Shown: positions 25,938-36,896, counted from the stretch's first letter. The stretch is 64,000 nt of DNA from an uncultured Planctomycetales bacterium (GCA_964354795.1 CAYHBB010000016.1:4084-68083), one strand, 5' to 3'. The notes: generated by a model not told the origin, from the letters alone. Translations and numbers: made by a program.

Positions 25938-28900
25938 TTATTCCGCGCCTTCCATGCGTTTGCGCGCGGCTTCTGAACGGGTAAGCTCAAATTTATCCAA
26001 GACCTGCGACTGGAATTTCTGCATATAGAGGAATAATCCGGGGGTGACAAATAATGTAATGACCTGCGAGAAGATCAAGCCACCTACGACGATAAGACCA
26101 AGCGGCCGGCGCGAAGAGCCATCAGCGCCGAAGCCAAGCGCGATAGGCACCGCGCCCATGATGGCGGCCAGGCCGGTCATCAGGATGGGGCGGAAACGCA
26201 CAATACAGGCGTCGTAAATAGCGTCGAAATCGCTGACATTACCCTTATTCAGGTTGGCGTTAGCGAAGTCCACCATCATAATGCCATTTTTAGCTACAAT
26301 ACCCAACAACATAAACATGCCGACATAGCCGTAAAGAGAAAGTTCTGACCCAAAGAGAAAAAGCGTAAGCAGGCCTCCGAAAGTAGCTACAGGCAAAGTA
26401 GTAAGAATGGTCAAAGGATGCACGTAGTTTTCATAAAGTACGCCAAGAACGATGTATTTAAGAAAGACCGCGATGATGATCAAAATACCAAGGCTTGCCA
26501 CTGCCTCCTGAAACTGCTGGGCTTCGCCCTGAAAGAATCCAGTGACACCCGGGGGAAATGCCTTGGCCGCGGAATCTTGCAAAAGTTTGGTGGCGTTGCC
26601 TATCGGCACACCGGGATCCACGTTAAAAGAAAGCGTGGCGGAATTAAGCTGGTTATAGTGCGGCACATTCTGAGGCCCCACACCCTGCTCCCAACTGGCA
26701 ATTGCGCTTAACGGCACAAGGCTCCCCCCTTTGCTTCCGTGAGGAACAAGGGACGCGGCCTGTGTCGAATGCAGATAAATATGCGATAGGTTCTCGGGAT
26801 TCTTCTGAAATTTCTTATCCAACTCTACAATAACATTGTAGATATCCACGTCAGTCTTAAAAGTGGTGACTTTACCTTGAGCGTAGGACAGAGCCAGCGC
26901 GTTTTCGATATCCTGGGCAGTGATGCCAAAGGTGGATGCCCGGTCGCGGTTGATCTTGATATTAAGCTGGGGCATATTCAGCTTGACGCTGTTTTGCACG
27001 TCGCGGATACCGGCAAGCCCGCGCATGGTCTTTTCAAAATCCAGAGCTGTCTTATAAAGTTGGGTCTGGTCCGGACCAGTCAAGACATAGGAATACTTAG
27101 CGCCCGAAGCCGTACTCTCGGCACCCGCGCTTATCTTTAAGGTCGGCACCGGCTCCAAAAACACGAACCCGCTGGGAATCCTGCCCAGCTTTACGCGCAT
27201 TTTTTTGGTGAACTCCTGGATGCTCATCTTTCTTTCATCAAGAGGCTTCAGAACGCAGACGAAAAATCCGGTGCTTTGATCCGCTCCGGGATTTAACCCG
27301 GTCACGGTCAGGAACCTGTCCACAATTTTATCCTCGATCACTACCCGGTCAATAGCGTCCTGATAATTCCGCACTTTAGTAGTGGATGTGCCAAGGGGCA
27401 CCAGTATCCCGCCGGTTATAAATCCACTGTCTCCTTCAGGCAAAAACGACTGCGGCAAAATAAAGAAAAAGACGATCGTCCCCACAAAACAGAATATCCA
27501 GGCAAAGAGCGTAGTCAGAGGCCGCTTCAGGGTCCAGGTAAGCCAGACTCCGTAAGTGTCAATCACCCCTTTCATAAATTTATTCATATGCTTCTGCAGG
27601 GCTTTTTCTTTTTCCTTGCCCTTTTCTTTAAGCATGCGCGCGCACATCATCGGGCTTAAGGTCAGTGAGATCACCCCCGAGCAAAGAATAGCCAGGATTA
27701 CGGTGATAGCAAACTCCTGAAATACCCTTCCTACTGTCCCTCCCATAAAAACCAGCGGCACGAAAATGATCGTGAGAGACAAGGTCATGGAAATGATGGT
27801 AAAGGTGATTTCTTTAGCGCTTTCGATAGCCGCGGCCAGCGGCTTCATCCCCTTTTCTATCAGGCGCACGGTATTTTCCAGGACGACGATAGCGTCATCC
27901 ACGACAAACCCGACGGAAAGGGTGAGGCCCATCAACGACAGGTTATCCAGGCTAAAATTCAGAGCGTACATCAGGATAAAAGTGGCCACAATGGATAAAG
28001 GTAGGGTGATACTGGGGATGATAGTATCTGAAAGGCTGCCCAGGAAAAGATAAATGATCAGAATAACCAGGATAAGCGCGATTATGATAGTGAGCTTTAC
28101 GTCATTGACTGATTCTACAATTGTAATGGACTTATCATAAAATATATCCAGCTTTACCGAGCCGGGGATCTCCTTTTGCAACTGCGCCACCGTATCCCTC
28201 AGGCGCTGGGCAAGGGCTACGGTATTGGCACCGGCAACACGGGAAACCGCGACCACTACTGTCCCGCCTCTTACTCCCTCTTTGGCTTTTCCATAATCGA
28301 CGTTCATCACGTCGTTATCTACGCTATCAATGCACCTGCCGATATCCTTAAGCCGGATAGGCGCGTTATTGCGGTAGGCGACGATGACATTCTCGTAATC
28401 CTTGGCCTTAAACAGCTGACCCTTGGGCTCAATGGAGAAGGTGCGCACTTCTCCGTTAAGGCTTCCTCCGGGGACAGTGACTGTGCCGTTATTCACGGAG
28501 TTAGCCACCTCAGCCATACCTATCTGATAAGCGGACATTTTATTGGGATCGACCTGCACTCTTACCGCAGTCTTGGCCCCCCAGGTCTGCACCTGCGAAA
28601 CATCCTCGACCATACTCAGGCGCTGGCCGATAGTGCGATTTCCGAAATCAAAAAGCTGTCCGGGAGTAAGGGTGTCGGAATTTACCAGAAAATACATGAC
28701 AGGCGTGTCGCTGGGGTTGGTCTTGGAATAGCTTGGCGGCGCCGGAAGGTCCGTTGGCAGGTTCCCGGTAGCCCGCTGGATAGCCGCTTGCACGTCAGGG
28801 GCAGCCAGATCGACGCTGCGGCTAAGCTCGAAAGTAAGCATGATACTGGTCTGGCCTTCGGTGTTAGTGGAAATAATGGTGTTGAGGCCGGGGATCTGGG

Positions 28901-29114
28901 TAAACTGGTTCTCTAGAGGGGAAGCCACAGTCATAGCCATGGTGTTAGGGCTTGCCCCAGGATAGGCTACGCTTACGGTGATGACCGGATAATCCACAAC
29001 CGGCAGGTCGCTGATAGGTAATTTAAAGTATGCCGCGATACCAAATATCAGAACCACCACCATTACCAGGGTGGTCATTACGGGCTTTTTAATAAAGTTT
29101 TCTGAAAAATTCAT
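25938..29114 (-). CDS. RND efflux permease (AcrB/HAE1 family)
   Basis: 1058 aa, 12-TM with two large periplasmic loops, typical AcrB N-terminus MNFSENFIKKPVMTTLVMVVVLIFGIAAY. Confidence 0.9.
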   Translation of the reverse strand: MNFSENFIKKPVMTTLVMVVVLIFGIAAYFKLPISDLPVVDYPVITVSVAYPGASPNTMAMTVASPLENQFTQIPGLNTIISTNTEGQTSIMLTFELSRSVDLAAPDVQAAIQRATGNLPTDLPAPPSYSKTNPSDTPVMYFLVNSDTLTPGQLFDFGNRTIGQRLSMVEDVSQVQTWGAKTAVRVQVDPNKMSAYQIGMAEVANSVNNGTVTVPGGSLNGEVRTFSIEPKGQLFKAKDYENVIVAYRNNAPIRLKDIGRCIDSVDNDVMNVDYGKAKEGVRGGTVVVAVSRVAGANTVALAQRLRDTVAQLQKEIPGSVKLDIFYDKSITIVESVNDVKLTIIIALILVILIIYLFLGSLSDTIIPSITLPLSIVATFILMYALNFSLDNLSLMGLTLSVGFVVDDAIVVLENTVRLIEKGMKPLAAAIESAKEITFTIISMTLSLTIIFVPLVFMGGTVGRVFQEFAITVILAILCSGVISLTLSPMMCARMLKEKGKEKEKALQKHMNKFMKGVIDTYGVWLTWTLKRPLTTLFAWIFCFVGTIVFFFILPQSFLPEGDSGFITGGILVPLGTSTTKVRNYQDAIDRVVIEDKIVDRFLTVTGLNPGADQSTGFFVCVLKPLDERKMSIQEFTKKMRVKLGRIPSGFVFLEPVPTLKISAGAESTASGAKYSYVLTGPDQTQLYKTALDFEKTMRGLAGIRDVQNSVKLNMPQLNIKINRDRASTFGITAQDIENALALSYAQGKVTTFKTDVDIYNVIVELDKKFQKNPENLSHIYLHSTQAASLVPHGSKGGSLVPLSAIASWEQGVGPQNVPHYNQLNSATLSFNVDPGVPIGNATKLLQDSAAKAFPPGVTGFFQGEAQQFQEAVASLGILIIIAVFLKYIVLGVLYENYVHPLTILTTLPVATFGGLLTLFLFGSELSLYGYVGMFMLLGIVAKNGIMMVDFANANLNKGNVSDFDAIYDACIVRFRPILMTGLAAIMGAVPIALGFGADGSSRRPLGLIVVGGLIFSQVITLFVTPGLFLYMQKFQSQVLDKFELTRSEAARKRMEGAE

Positions 29115-29117
29115 GGT

Positions 29118-30299
29118 TTACTTCTTCTTATTCTTCTGGGCAGCAGCCTGCGCCGCTTCCATAGCTTTCATTTGCGCGGTATCAATGACCAAAGCCCCCG
29201 GGCTTAACCCAAGCTGTCCGGCAGTGACCACTTTTTCACCGGATTGTATACCCTGATAGATCACAATATTGCCCTCCTGGCGGCTGCCGCTTTTGACCAG
29301 CCTAAGGTCCGCTTTATTATCAGCAGTGACCACAAAAACATAAGGGCCGTTTTGGCCAAGCTGTACCGCTTCATACGGCACCTGTACCGCATTTTTATCT
29401 ATGTTTAAAATAAGCCTGACAGTAACAAACTGCCCGGCCCACAATTCTCTGTTTTTATTAGAAACGATAGCCCGCAGGAGAAATGACCCGGTAGTGTTAT
29501 CTACGGCGTTATCCAGCAATAACAGCTCACCCGTATACACCTTATCCGGAGCGTCGTTTGAGGCGATCTCGACTTTAAGCGTACCCTTGCTCATCGCCTC
29601 ACGCACCCTGCCCAGATCCACCTCAGTGACCATAAAGTCAATATTCAACTCATCAATAGTCTTGATGTTGACCAGCGTCGGGCCGTCATTGGCAATGATG
29701 ACATTTCCGATATCCACCTGGCGCTTTCCCGTGAGCCCGTCCACCGGAGAGCGGATAAAACAGTATTCGAGATTTATCTGAGCAATATCCACGCCAGCTT
29801 TATCCATACGCACCTGCGCCTCAGAGCCCGAGAAATCAGCGGAGTAGCTATCGTAATCCTGCTTAGAAATAAGCTGCTTCTCAAAAAGAACCTTGTTTCT
29901 CTCGAAAGTCACTTTCTTAAGCTTCAGGTCGGCAAGAGCCTGGTTTAAAGCTGCCCGGGCTTTATCCAGCTGAGCCTGATACGAGGCCGGATCAATGGTG
30001 ATAAGCAGGTCTCCCGTTTTTACGTCCGAGCCCTCAGTGAAGTTTATTTCTTTGATCTGCCCGGTGACCTGGGCTTTTATATTTACGTCGTTAAGTGAAT
30101 AGAGATTGCCGAAAGACTCCAAATAAACAGGCGCGTCTTTAGTGAAGGCCACTCCCACATCCACCGGGCGGGGGAACGCCTGCGGCGCGAGCTTTTTGGC
30201 AAAGCAGCCTTTGAAGATAAAGAAGGCTCCCACGAGCGCGCAACCGATGATGATCAATTTTGTAAGCTTATTGGATTTCTTAGGTTTATCCATTATCAT
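29118..30299 (-). CDS. RND efflux periplasmic adaptor (membrane fusion protein)
   Basis: N-terminal anchor, coiled-coil/lipoyl/beta-barrel pattern of the HlyD/AcrA family. Immediately upstream of the RND permease. Confidence 0.85.
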   Translation of the reverse strand: MIMDKPKKSNKLTKLIIIGCALVGAFFIFKGCFAKKLAPQAFPRPVDVGVAFTKDAPVYLESFGNLYSLNDVNIKAQVTGQIKEINFTEGSDVKTGDLLITIDPASYQAQLDKARAALNQALADLKLKKVTFERNKVLFEKQLISKQDYDSYSADFSGSEAQVRMDKAGVDIAQINLEYCFIRSPVDGLTGKRQVDIGNVIIANDGPTLVNIKTIDELNIDFMVTEVDLGRVREAMSKGTLKVEIASNDAPDKVYTGELLLLDNAVDNTTGSFLLRAIVSNKNRELWAGQFVTVRLILNIDKNAVQVPYEAVQLGQNGPYVFVVTADNKADLRLVKSGSRQEGNIVIYQGIQSGEKVVTAGQLGLSPGALVIDTAQMKAMEAAQAAAQKNKKK

Positions 30300-30312
30300 T
30301 ATCCCCCTAGAA

Positions 30313-31848
30313 TTAATTTTTTGCCGCTTCTATCTTAATATTAGGCGTGCCGGTGGAATGCGCTAGTGCCGCCAAAAACACGAACACGTCCTGCTTTGAC
30401 TGGATCAGGCGGCTGCGCGCCGAAGAAAGGTCGCTTTGCGCCTGAGTTAGGTCAAGAATGCTTTTTAATCCAGCGTTGTAACTTTCTAAAGCCAGGTCAT
30501 AAGAATTCACCGTAGTGTCGAAATACGACTGGCTGAATTGAAGCTTCTGCACCGCGGTGTTGAAATCATAATATTTCACCCAGACATCCGAACTGGCCGA
30601 TAGCTCGGCCTGGATCAACTTATCCAGGGCCACCGCGCTCTCAGCGTCCGCCTGCTTCTTAATGTTTAGGTTGCTGAACCCGTCAAAAATATCCCAGTTG
30701 ACGCTGGCGTAACCGGAATAATCCCGCTGATTGTCTTTAAGGCCTCCAGAATTAACATATTTATATTTATTATCCGAGACAGTGCCCCCCACGCTTACGC
30801 TCGGCAGCATATTCGAAAGCGCCGCCTTTACCGCGGCCTGCTTAGATTTTAACTCGGCCTTGAGCGCCGCTATATCCGGACGCTTTTGCATAGCCTCTTC
30901 TATCAGGCGGCTTACATCATCCTCATTGATCCCCGTAGGCAATTCTTTGGTTGGGGCCACAATATCAAAATTAGTGTCAGCAGATACTCCGATCGCCAGG
31001 GCAAGATCAGCCTTGGTGGTCTTTACTTTTCCCTTAGCGCTTTCCAGATTATACAGGGAATTCTCGTAATTAGATTTTGCCTGAAGCACATCCAGCTTTG
31101 GTACCAGGCCCACGTCGAATTTAGCCTGGGCCGCGTCGTAATCCACCTTGGTATTCTGCACATCGAGCTTCGCCGCCTCTACCTGAGATTGCGCGGCGTA
31201 ATAATTATAGTAAGTCTTTTGCACATTGAGGATCAGGTCCTGCAAAGACTGGTCATACTGGGCATTGGCCTCAAGCACCTTTTGGAATTTAGATTCGATA
31301 TTCGCTCCCCTGCCTCCGAAATCCAGGATCAGCCAGGTAAGCTGTGCGCTGGGTCCGTAATGCGTATCGTTAAAGCGGTTGGCGGGGATATTGGAGACCT
31401 GCTTCTCCCTGGTTCCCGTTGCCGCAATGGTAAGCTGCGGGTAAAGATTGCTCTCCGCCTGCTTCTCAATCGCCCGGGAAACCCGGATCTGATCCCAGTC
31501 CTGGCGGGTCTGGGGATTATTGGTAAGCGCCATGTCGATAAGCTCGGTCAGGGTGTAATTCTTTTCGGATTTTGTCTTTTGCTTTTGAATTGACTTCCAG
31601 GCAGGGTCAATGATCTTGGCCGGTTTAACTGGCTTAGCTTTTACCTTTGGCTCTGAAGACTGTTTAGCCTCGTTCTTCTTTTCGTAAGCGAAACTTTGAG
31701 CAAAATCCCGGGCATCTTGCGCCTGTTCGGTCTTATCGGCATTGACGCTCATGAACGAAGGCGCTGGAGGCGTCTTAAGATAATGACAACCGGAGGTCAA
31801 AAGTGATAAACTTAAAATCAAAGTTGTCTGTCGCGCGAAAATATTCAT
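30313..31848 (-). CDS. outer-membrane efflux protein (TolC-like OMF)
   Basis: 511 aa, signal peptide, duplicated coiled-coil repeats of the OEP family. First gene of the OMF-MFP-RND operon. Confidence 0.8.
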   Translation of the reverse strand: MNIFARQTTLILSLSLLTSGCHYLKTPPAPSFMSVNADKTEQAQDARDFAQSFAYEKKNEAKQSSEPKVKAKPVKPAKIIDPAWKSIQKQKTKSEKNYTLTELIDMALTNNPQTRQDWDQIRVSRAIEKQAESNLYPQLTIAATGTREKQVSNIPANRFNDTHYGPSAQLTWLILDFGGRGANIESKFQKVLEANAQYDQSLQDLILNVQKTYYNYYAAQSQVEAAKLDVQNTKVDYDAAQAKFDVGLVPKLDVLQAKSNYENSLYNLESAKGKVKTTKADLALAIGVSADTNFDIVAPTKELPTGINEDDVSRLIEEAMQKRPDIAALKAELKSKQAAVKAALSNMLPSVSVGGTVSDNKYKYVNSGGLKDNQRDYSGYASVNWDIFDGFSNLNIKKQADAESAVALDKLIQAELSASSDVWVKYYDFNTAVQKLQFSQSYFDTTVNSYDLALESYNAGLKSILDLTQAQSDLSSARSRLIQSKQDVFVFLAALAHSTGTPNIKIEAAKN

Positions 31849-31855
31849 AAAATCT

Positions 31856-32848
31856 TTACCACTTAACCTGCCTCAAAAACTCCGCCGACTCTTCGGGGAG
31901 CGCGGTATTAATAAACATGCCGCTTCCTAACTCAAATCCCGCCGGCTGCGTGACCCTGGGAATGATGCTGATATACCAGTGAAAATATTCCGTGCCCCGC
32001 TCTTTTACCGGGATGGAGCGGATATTAAAATTGTAGTCCGGATTATCCAGGCCATAATAAAGTTTCTGCAGGACGGTCTGAAGATTTACCGCTAGGTCCT
32101 TTATCTCATCATCGTTTATATGCGCGAAATACGCCGTGTGCCTGCGCGGAAATAACCAGGTGGTAAACGGCGACGGCCCGGCAAAAGGCATAAACGCCAC
32201 AAATTTATCTGTTTCAAAAATAATACGCTTCTTAGTTTTCAGCTCCTCTTCCATCGTCTTACAAAATACGCATTGACCAGTCATATCAAAATAATGTACA
32301 GCTTTTTCCACGCGGCCCCTCATCTGCGGCGGCACGATCGGTGTGGCGATCATCTGCGAATGCGAGTGCTCGATGGAGGTCCCGGCCATGGCCCCATGGT
32401 TCTTGAAGATGGTTATCGCCTCGATCCCTTCGACGCGAGTCATGGCGGTATATCGCAGCTTGTACATGCGGATGATGTCCTCGACTTCCTCTTTTCTCAT
32501 CAAAGGGATGATCATGTTGTGCAGCGGATGCTCGATCAGGACCTCGGAGACGCCGAAACCTCCCATCGATAAATAGATGCTATCCAAATTCCTCAGGCGC
32601 GGGGTGTTCGGGGAAAACGCTCCGAACAGGTTGGTCACCGAACGCACCTTCCAGCTCTTTTCGTCTCCTAAGCGGTATATCTCGCCAGGTGTCTTAACTT
32701 CGTTGCCGGGACAAAAAGGGCAATCCGCCCTGTACTCAGGCAGGGACTTCTTCTCTCTTACCTTGACAAATTCCTCCGGCCGCTTAGCGCGCTCAGTCGC
32801 CATCACCACCCACTCTCCGGAAACCAGATTATAGCGTAATTCTGACAT
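31856..32848 (-). CDS. galT: galactose-1-phosphate uridylyltransferase (HIT family)
   Basis: Zn site CPFCPGNE and HSHSQ (HxHxQ). Confidence 0.7.
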   Translation of the reverse strand: MSELRYNLVSGEWVVMATERAKRPEEFVKVREKKSLPEYRADCPFCPGNEVKTPGEIYRLGDEKSWKVRSVTNLFGAFSPNTPRLRNLDSIYLSMGGFGVSEVLIEHPLHNMIIPLMRKEEVEDIIRMYKLRYTAMTRVEGIEAITIFKNHGAMAGTSIEHSHSQMIATPIVPPQMRGRVEKAVHYFDMTGQCVFCKTMEEELKTKKRIIFETDKFVAFMPFAGPSPFTTWLFPRRHTAYFAHINDDEIKDLAVNLQTVLQKLYYGLDNPDYNFNIRSIPVKERGTEYFHWYISIIPRVTQPAGFELGSGMFINTALPEESAEFLRQVKW

Positions 32849-32863
32849 AACGAGTCTCCTCTA

Positions 32864-33460
32864 CTACGGTTGGGCTTTCTCTTGAGTAAGCGCGGTTTCT
32901 TTTATAGCCGCAAAATCTTCCCTGAGCGTAATAAGTTTATTTTCTAAGGCTTCGATTTTACGGTCAAAGGCTGATCCCAAATTTATCACCTGAGCCTTGA
33001 CCTGAGAGCTTACTTCCCGCAGCGCTTTAAGCGCATCCAAATTTTCTTTATTAAAAGCTAAAGATTCCTGCCTGTTCAAATCCAGCTGAGTTGCAAACTT
33101 AGATTCTGACTGCTTACTAGAGTCATCAAGCTGTTTTAATGAGACAACAAGCGCACTGATACGCTCCTGCAGAGATCTATCCAGCTCATCAAGCGTAGTC
33201 TTTAATCCGTCCAGCCCCTGGGAATAATCTTGGACTATCTCTTTCTGGCTATCAATGCGCTCGATAAAATTCCGCGCGTCTTTCTTGGTCTCCACCTGCT
33301 TCTGCACGTTCTGGGCTATCTGCCAACGATCCTCTATCTCTCTTGCCACATCCTCCTGCATTAGAGAGAACTTTTCCTGCTGATTTTTGTGCAGATAATA
33401 TAAAGCCACGCCGTCCAGTAAAACCAGGACTACAAGAAAAGTTACTAACGCCTTTTTCAT
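32864..33460 (-). CDS. membrane-anchored coiled-coil protein, hypothetical
   Basis: N-terminal TM then heptad-rich sequence. Confidence 0.4.
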   Translation of the reverse strand: MKKALVTFLVVLVLLDGVALYYLHKNQQEKFSLMQEDVAREIEDRWQIAQNVQKQVETKKDARNFIERIDSQKEIVQDYSQGLDGLKTTLDELDRSLQERISALVVSLKQLDDSSKQSESKFATQLDLNRQESLAFNKENLDALKALREVSSQVKAQVINLGSAFDRKIEALENKLITLREDFAAIKETALTQEKAQP

Positions 33461-33942
33461 TTATGCATCAATTTGTGCGTGACCAAAAGCGTGAGGATTA
33501 CTATAGGTATGAGTATGTCATTTACAAAAAGCACCGGCCCGACGTTATAGATAGCGAAGTTCTGTTTTAAGATCATATCCCGGATATGCCCGCTTGCCGC
33601 GCCCAGCGAGAATATCGCGCTGCCGATCCCGGTCGCCCACCAGAAATTGCCTCTTATCCACATGCAAAGGACCCCCAGGACCCCAAAAGCAAGATTAGCG
33701 ATAGCTACCTCAAACTGAAACGGGCTTCCCGTAGGCCAGCCGATGCTGGTGGCTACTCTGTCGGCAAGAAAAGCGTGGCCGGTAAAACTGAATAGCCCGG
33801 TGCAGCCGATATTGATAAAAAGAAAATAAGCCAGGATCACCTCGATAATGCGCCTGGGGCTGAGGCGCTTTTTAGATTTACGTAAAAGCAGATGAATTGC
33901 CGCGACAACCAAAGTTATGCTTAAAAATACTAATGGATACAT
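33457..33942 (-). CDS. integral membrane protein, hypothetical
   Basis: 4 hydrophobic helices. Confidence 0.4.
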   Translation of the reverse strand: MYPLVFLSITLVVAAIHLLLRKSKKRLSPRRIIEVILAYFLFINIGCTGLFSFTGHAFLADRVATSIGWPTGSPFQFEVAIANLAFGVLGVLCMWIRGNFWWATGIGSAIFSLGAASGHIRDMILKQNFAIYNVGPVLFVNDILIPIVILTLLVTHKLMHK

Positions 33943-33953
33943 TGCTAACCTCC

Positions 33954-34349
33954 TTAATTTGCCCGCCGAATTCTCTTTTCCATTTTCTTTATCTTATGCC
34001 AGTTCCTGATGATCTCATGGGCTGACTTTACTTTTGTGGTGCCGAAAACATGCGGATGGCGGCGCTTTAGCTTTTTGATCAGCCCCTCTATCACATCCTC
34101 GATGTCAAAGCTACCTTCTTTGGAAGCGATCTGGGAGTGAAACATCACCTGAAGCAAAACATCTCCCAGCTCTTCTTTCATGTGATGCGTGTTGCCCTTA
34201 CGCACAGCATCACAAAACTCACCCGATTCTTCTCTCAAATATTTAAGCAGTGATCTATGCGTCTGCTTCTTGTCCCAAAGGCAGCCGCTTGGCCCATGGA
34301 GGGTCTGAAACAGCTCTTTAAGCTGGATAAACTTCGTTCGCTTGGCCAT
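33954..34349 (-). CDS. mazG: MazG-like nucleoside triphosphate pyrophosphohydrolase
   Basis: EESGEFCDAV...EELGDVLLQVMFHSQIA MazG EExxE/D motifs. Confidence 0.7.
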   Translation of the reverse strand: MAKRTKFIQLKELFQTLHGPSGCLWDKKQTHRSLLKYLREESGEFCDAVRKGNTHHMKEELGDVLLQVMFHSQIASKEGSFDIEDVIEGLIKKLKRRHPHVFGTTKVKSAHEIIRNWHKIKKMEKRIRRAN

Positions 34350-34437
34350 ATTAATGTTTTATTCTATCCTATATATATACTTATTTCAACCAGATTTTAG
34401 TGGTTTTACCATAAATTTAAGTGTAAAATATAAACCA

Positions 34438-35304
34438 ATGAAAATCAATCTGGCTAAATCCGCGGGGTTTTGTTTCGGGGTAAAGAGAGCAATCGACATC
34501 GCGCTTAACAGCGCGGCTTCGGCTAAAAATATCTACATGCTCGGAGATATTGTGCATAATGAAACAGTAGTCAGGCAGATCAAGAAAGCGGGGATCAAAA
34601 AAATCAGCAGGCTAAGCGACGGCGCCGGAAAAACAATTCTTATCCGCGCCCATGGGGTGCCCCTTTTGACCCTGAATAAAGCGATCAAGTCCGGATACCG
34701 GATCATCGATGCCACCTGTCCCATGGTCAAGGAAATCCACAAAATCGCCAAGGATATGGAAGAAAAAAATTATACTATCATCGTTATCGGAGATAAAAAT
34801 CACGATGAGGTGCGCGGGATCGTCGGACAGCTTCGGGGTAAAGCCATAGTAGTCGATGATATTAGAAATACACCGGGTAGGACATTCAAGAAAGCATGCG
34901 TGGTCGTTCAGTCGACCCAAAATATACAAAAAGTCCTCAAGATCATAAAGGCTTTGCAGCCCCATACAAAAGAACTAAAAGTTTTCAACACTATCTGCAA
35001 ACCCACTACCATGCGCCAGGATGAAGCAAGGCGCCTGCCGCTGGAAAACGACGTGATGCTGGTCATCGGCTCAAAAGAAAGCGCCAATACCAAAAGACTT
35101 TATGAGATCTCTAAATCGCTAAATACCAGAAGCTACTGGGTGGGCTCAAGAGAAGATATTAAGAAGTCCTGGTTCAAAGGTGTTAAAAGTGTCGGGATCA
35201 CTGCCGGAGCCTCTACTCCCGAATCAACCACGCAAAACATCATCAACTACTTGAAAACGTTTAAAATCAATCCCCGGCAGGTTTTATCTTTTGTGCCGGC
35301 TTAA
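34438..35304 (+). CDS. ispH: 4-hydroxy-3-methylbut-2-enyl diphosphate reductase
   Basis: Start at MKINLAKSAGFCFGVKRAIDIA (IspH/LytB N-terminus with Cys ligand). Conserved Cys at CPMVKEIH and ICKPT. Confidence 0.85.
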   Translation: MKINLAKSAGFCFGVKRAIDIALNSAASAKNIYMLGDIVHNETVVRQIKKAGIKKISRLSDGAGKTILIRAHGVPLLTLNKAIKSGYRIIDATCPMVKEIHKIAKDMEEKNYTIIVIGDKNHDEVRGIVGQLRGKAIVVDDIRNTPGRTFKKACVVVQSTQNIQKVLKIIKALQPHTKELKVFNTICKPTTMRQDEARRLPLENDVMLVIGSKESANTKRLYEISKSLNTRSYWVGSREDIKKSWFKGVKSVGITAGASTPESTTQNIINYLKTFKINPRQVLSFVPA

Positions 35305-36154
35305 AAAATCCCTTGTTTCCCTCCGGTTTCGCTACTTCCGGCTTTTCTTCCTTAACTTGAGTTTCCTGAGGTTCTGTGACAGGCTGCGCTTTTGCCGCCT
35401 TTACATCAACCGGGATCTTTAGTTCATTATTGCCCGCGTTCATATCCTCTTTGCACTCCACGCTAATGCTTATATTCTGCGCTCCCGGATTACGGGCCAT
35501 CCAGGAGAATACGACTACTGCCGAAGACTTTGGCAGAATAGACGTCCGCTTAAAATCCTTAAATCCGTCATCCGTATTCAAGATGACATTGGCTTCCCGG
35601 ATCTGGACATCCGCATCATTGAAGATTTCCGCCTCAATGTTTACCAGGCTACCGGAATAAAGCTCGGGAGGGATCTTGGCGGAAACGATCTTTAAATCCA
35701 CATAGGTCTCGCTGCTGACCTCAACAAACTCCACCTGCTGATTATTTAAAGGGCTGGTATCGTTTTTGGAAGCAACAGAGACGACAATCCTGTGCTTTCC
35801 TGCGCTTTTAGGAGCCCAACTAAAACTGACCCGCTCTCTTGCTTTAGGCCCAAGCGCGATTACCTGCCTGTCGGCAGAGCCGTCATCCGAAGCAAAGCCT
35901 ACCCTCACATCCTGAGCCTGAGCGTCAGAGTTATTGGCAATCTCTACTTCTATCCTTGCGAGAAGCCCGATGTAAAGATCATTAAAAAGGCGGATGCTTT
36001 CAATGGAAATATCTATTGGCAAATCCGACTGAGGTCCAGCCTGCGCCTCAACAGCGACAGGCGTTTGAGCAAAAAGCGATCCACAACTTAATAAAAAAAA
36101 GCTAATAATGATCATCGAGCCGGATTTAATAAATCTTATGCACATATTATTCAA
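35267..36154 (-). CDS. secreted hypothetical protein (repeated beta-domains)
   Basis: Signal peptide MIIISFFLLSCGSLFAQ; two similar about 100-aa segments. Confidence 0.45.
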   Translation of the reverse strand: MNNMCIRFIKSGSMIIISFFLLSCGSLFAQTPVAVEAQAGPQSDLPIDISIESIRLFNDLYIGLLARIEVEIANNSDAQAQDVRVGFASDDGSADRQVIALGPKARERVSFSWAPKSAGKHRIVVSVASKNDTSPLNNQQVEFVEVSSETYVDLKIVSAKIPPELYSGSLVNIEAEIFNDADVQIREANVILNTDDGFKDFKRTSILPKSSAVVVFSWMARNPGAQNISISVECKEDMNAGNNELKIPVDVKAAKAQPVTEPQETQVKEEKPEVAKPEGNKGFFKPAQKIKPAGD

Positions 36155-36896
36155 TTGCGAAACTGACCGTAACTACCGCGGTCACCCTCTTCTCAAGAGA
36201 GCTAGTGTCATTTACCCCGTAATCAGAGACTTCCGTGGAATTCATAGGAGTGATCTGAAAGACCCCCATCTTTGCGGAGCGCATAAAGCCGATCTTGTTA
36301 CCCGTAGCCTGCGCCATATTCCAAGCCCGCTGCTTGGCGTTTTCCGTGGCTTTAGCCAGCATCTCTATCTTAAGTTCATCCAGCTTGGTGTAAAAATACT
36401 CCGGAGAAAAAGAGGTAAACTCAACTCCCTGATTGATCAACTCGGTGGACTGCCGGGACAGCTGTGTCACCTTATCCACATCTTTTGAATGTATCTCGAC
36501 AGATTGGCTAAGACGGTAAGCCTCGATATCATTAGTGTCATTACCCTTGTCGTTTTTATTATAAATAGTCTCGGTGTTAATGGGAGTTGCCACAACCTCA
36601 TTCTCCGAGGCCCCTTGACTGACTAAATAACTTCTTACCTTACTTAGATCATCCTGCAAAGCCTTATAGGCCAGGCTTAAGGAAGGTTCCCTACGGGAAA
36701 ATGACCCGCTCCACACCGCGTAATCGCTCTTAATGTCTTTTTGAGCTGAGCCGGTGACTGAGATCACCTCGCGAGTGAATTTCATCACCTTCAAAAAGCC
36801 TTGAGAAAGGATCACGCTTGATACGATGGTCGCAACCGCGATACAAATCCCCAGAATTATGATCTGAGAGTTACGCAACATCTTTGAGCCTTCCAT
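36147..36896 (-). CDS. SIMPL/DUF541-like membrane-anchored protein
   Basis: N-terminal TM, size and pattern (VTGSAQKDIKSDYAVWSGSF...) like the BP26/SIMPL family. Memory-based. Confidence 0.45.
   Translation of the reverse strand: MEGSKMLRNSQIIILGICIAVATIVSSVILSQGFLKVMKFTREVISVTGSAQKDIKSDYAVWSGSFSRREPSLSLAYKALQDDLSKVRSYLVSQGASENEVVATPINTETIYNKNDKGNDTNDIEAYRLSQSVEIHSKDVDKVTQLSRQSTELINQGVEFTSFSPEYFYTKLDELKIEMLAKATENAKQRAWNMAQATGNKIGFMRSAKMGVFQITPMNSTEVSDYGVNDTSSLEKRVTAVVTVSFAIE

Noticed and set aside
28176-28916. 246-aa plus-strand ORF
   Set aside because: Lies entirely antisense inside the RND permease gene; low-complexity Gly/His-rich translation typical of the antisense frame.
30886-31593. 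235-aa plus-strand ORF
   Set aside because: Antisense within the TolC-like OMF gene.
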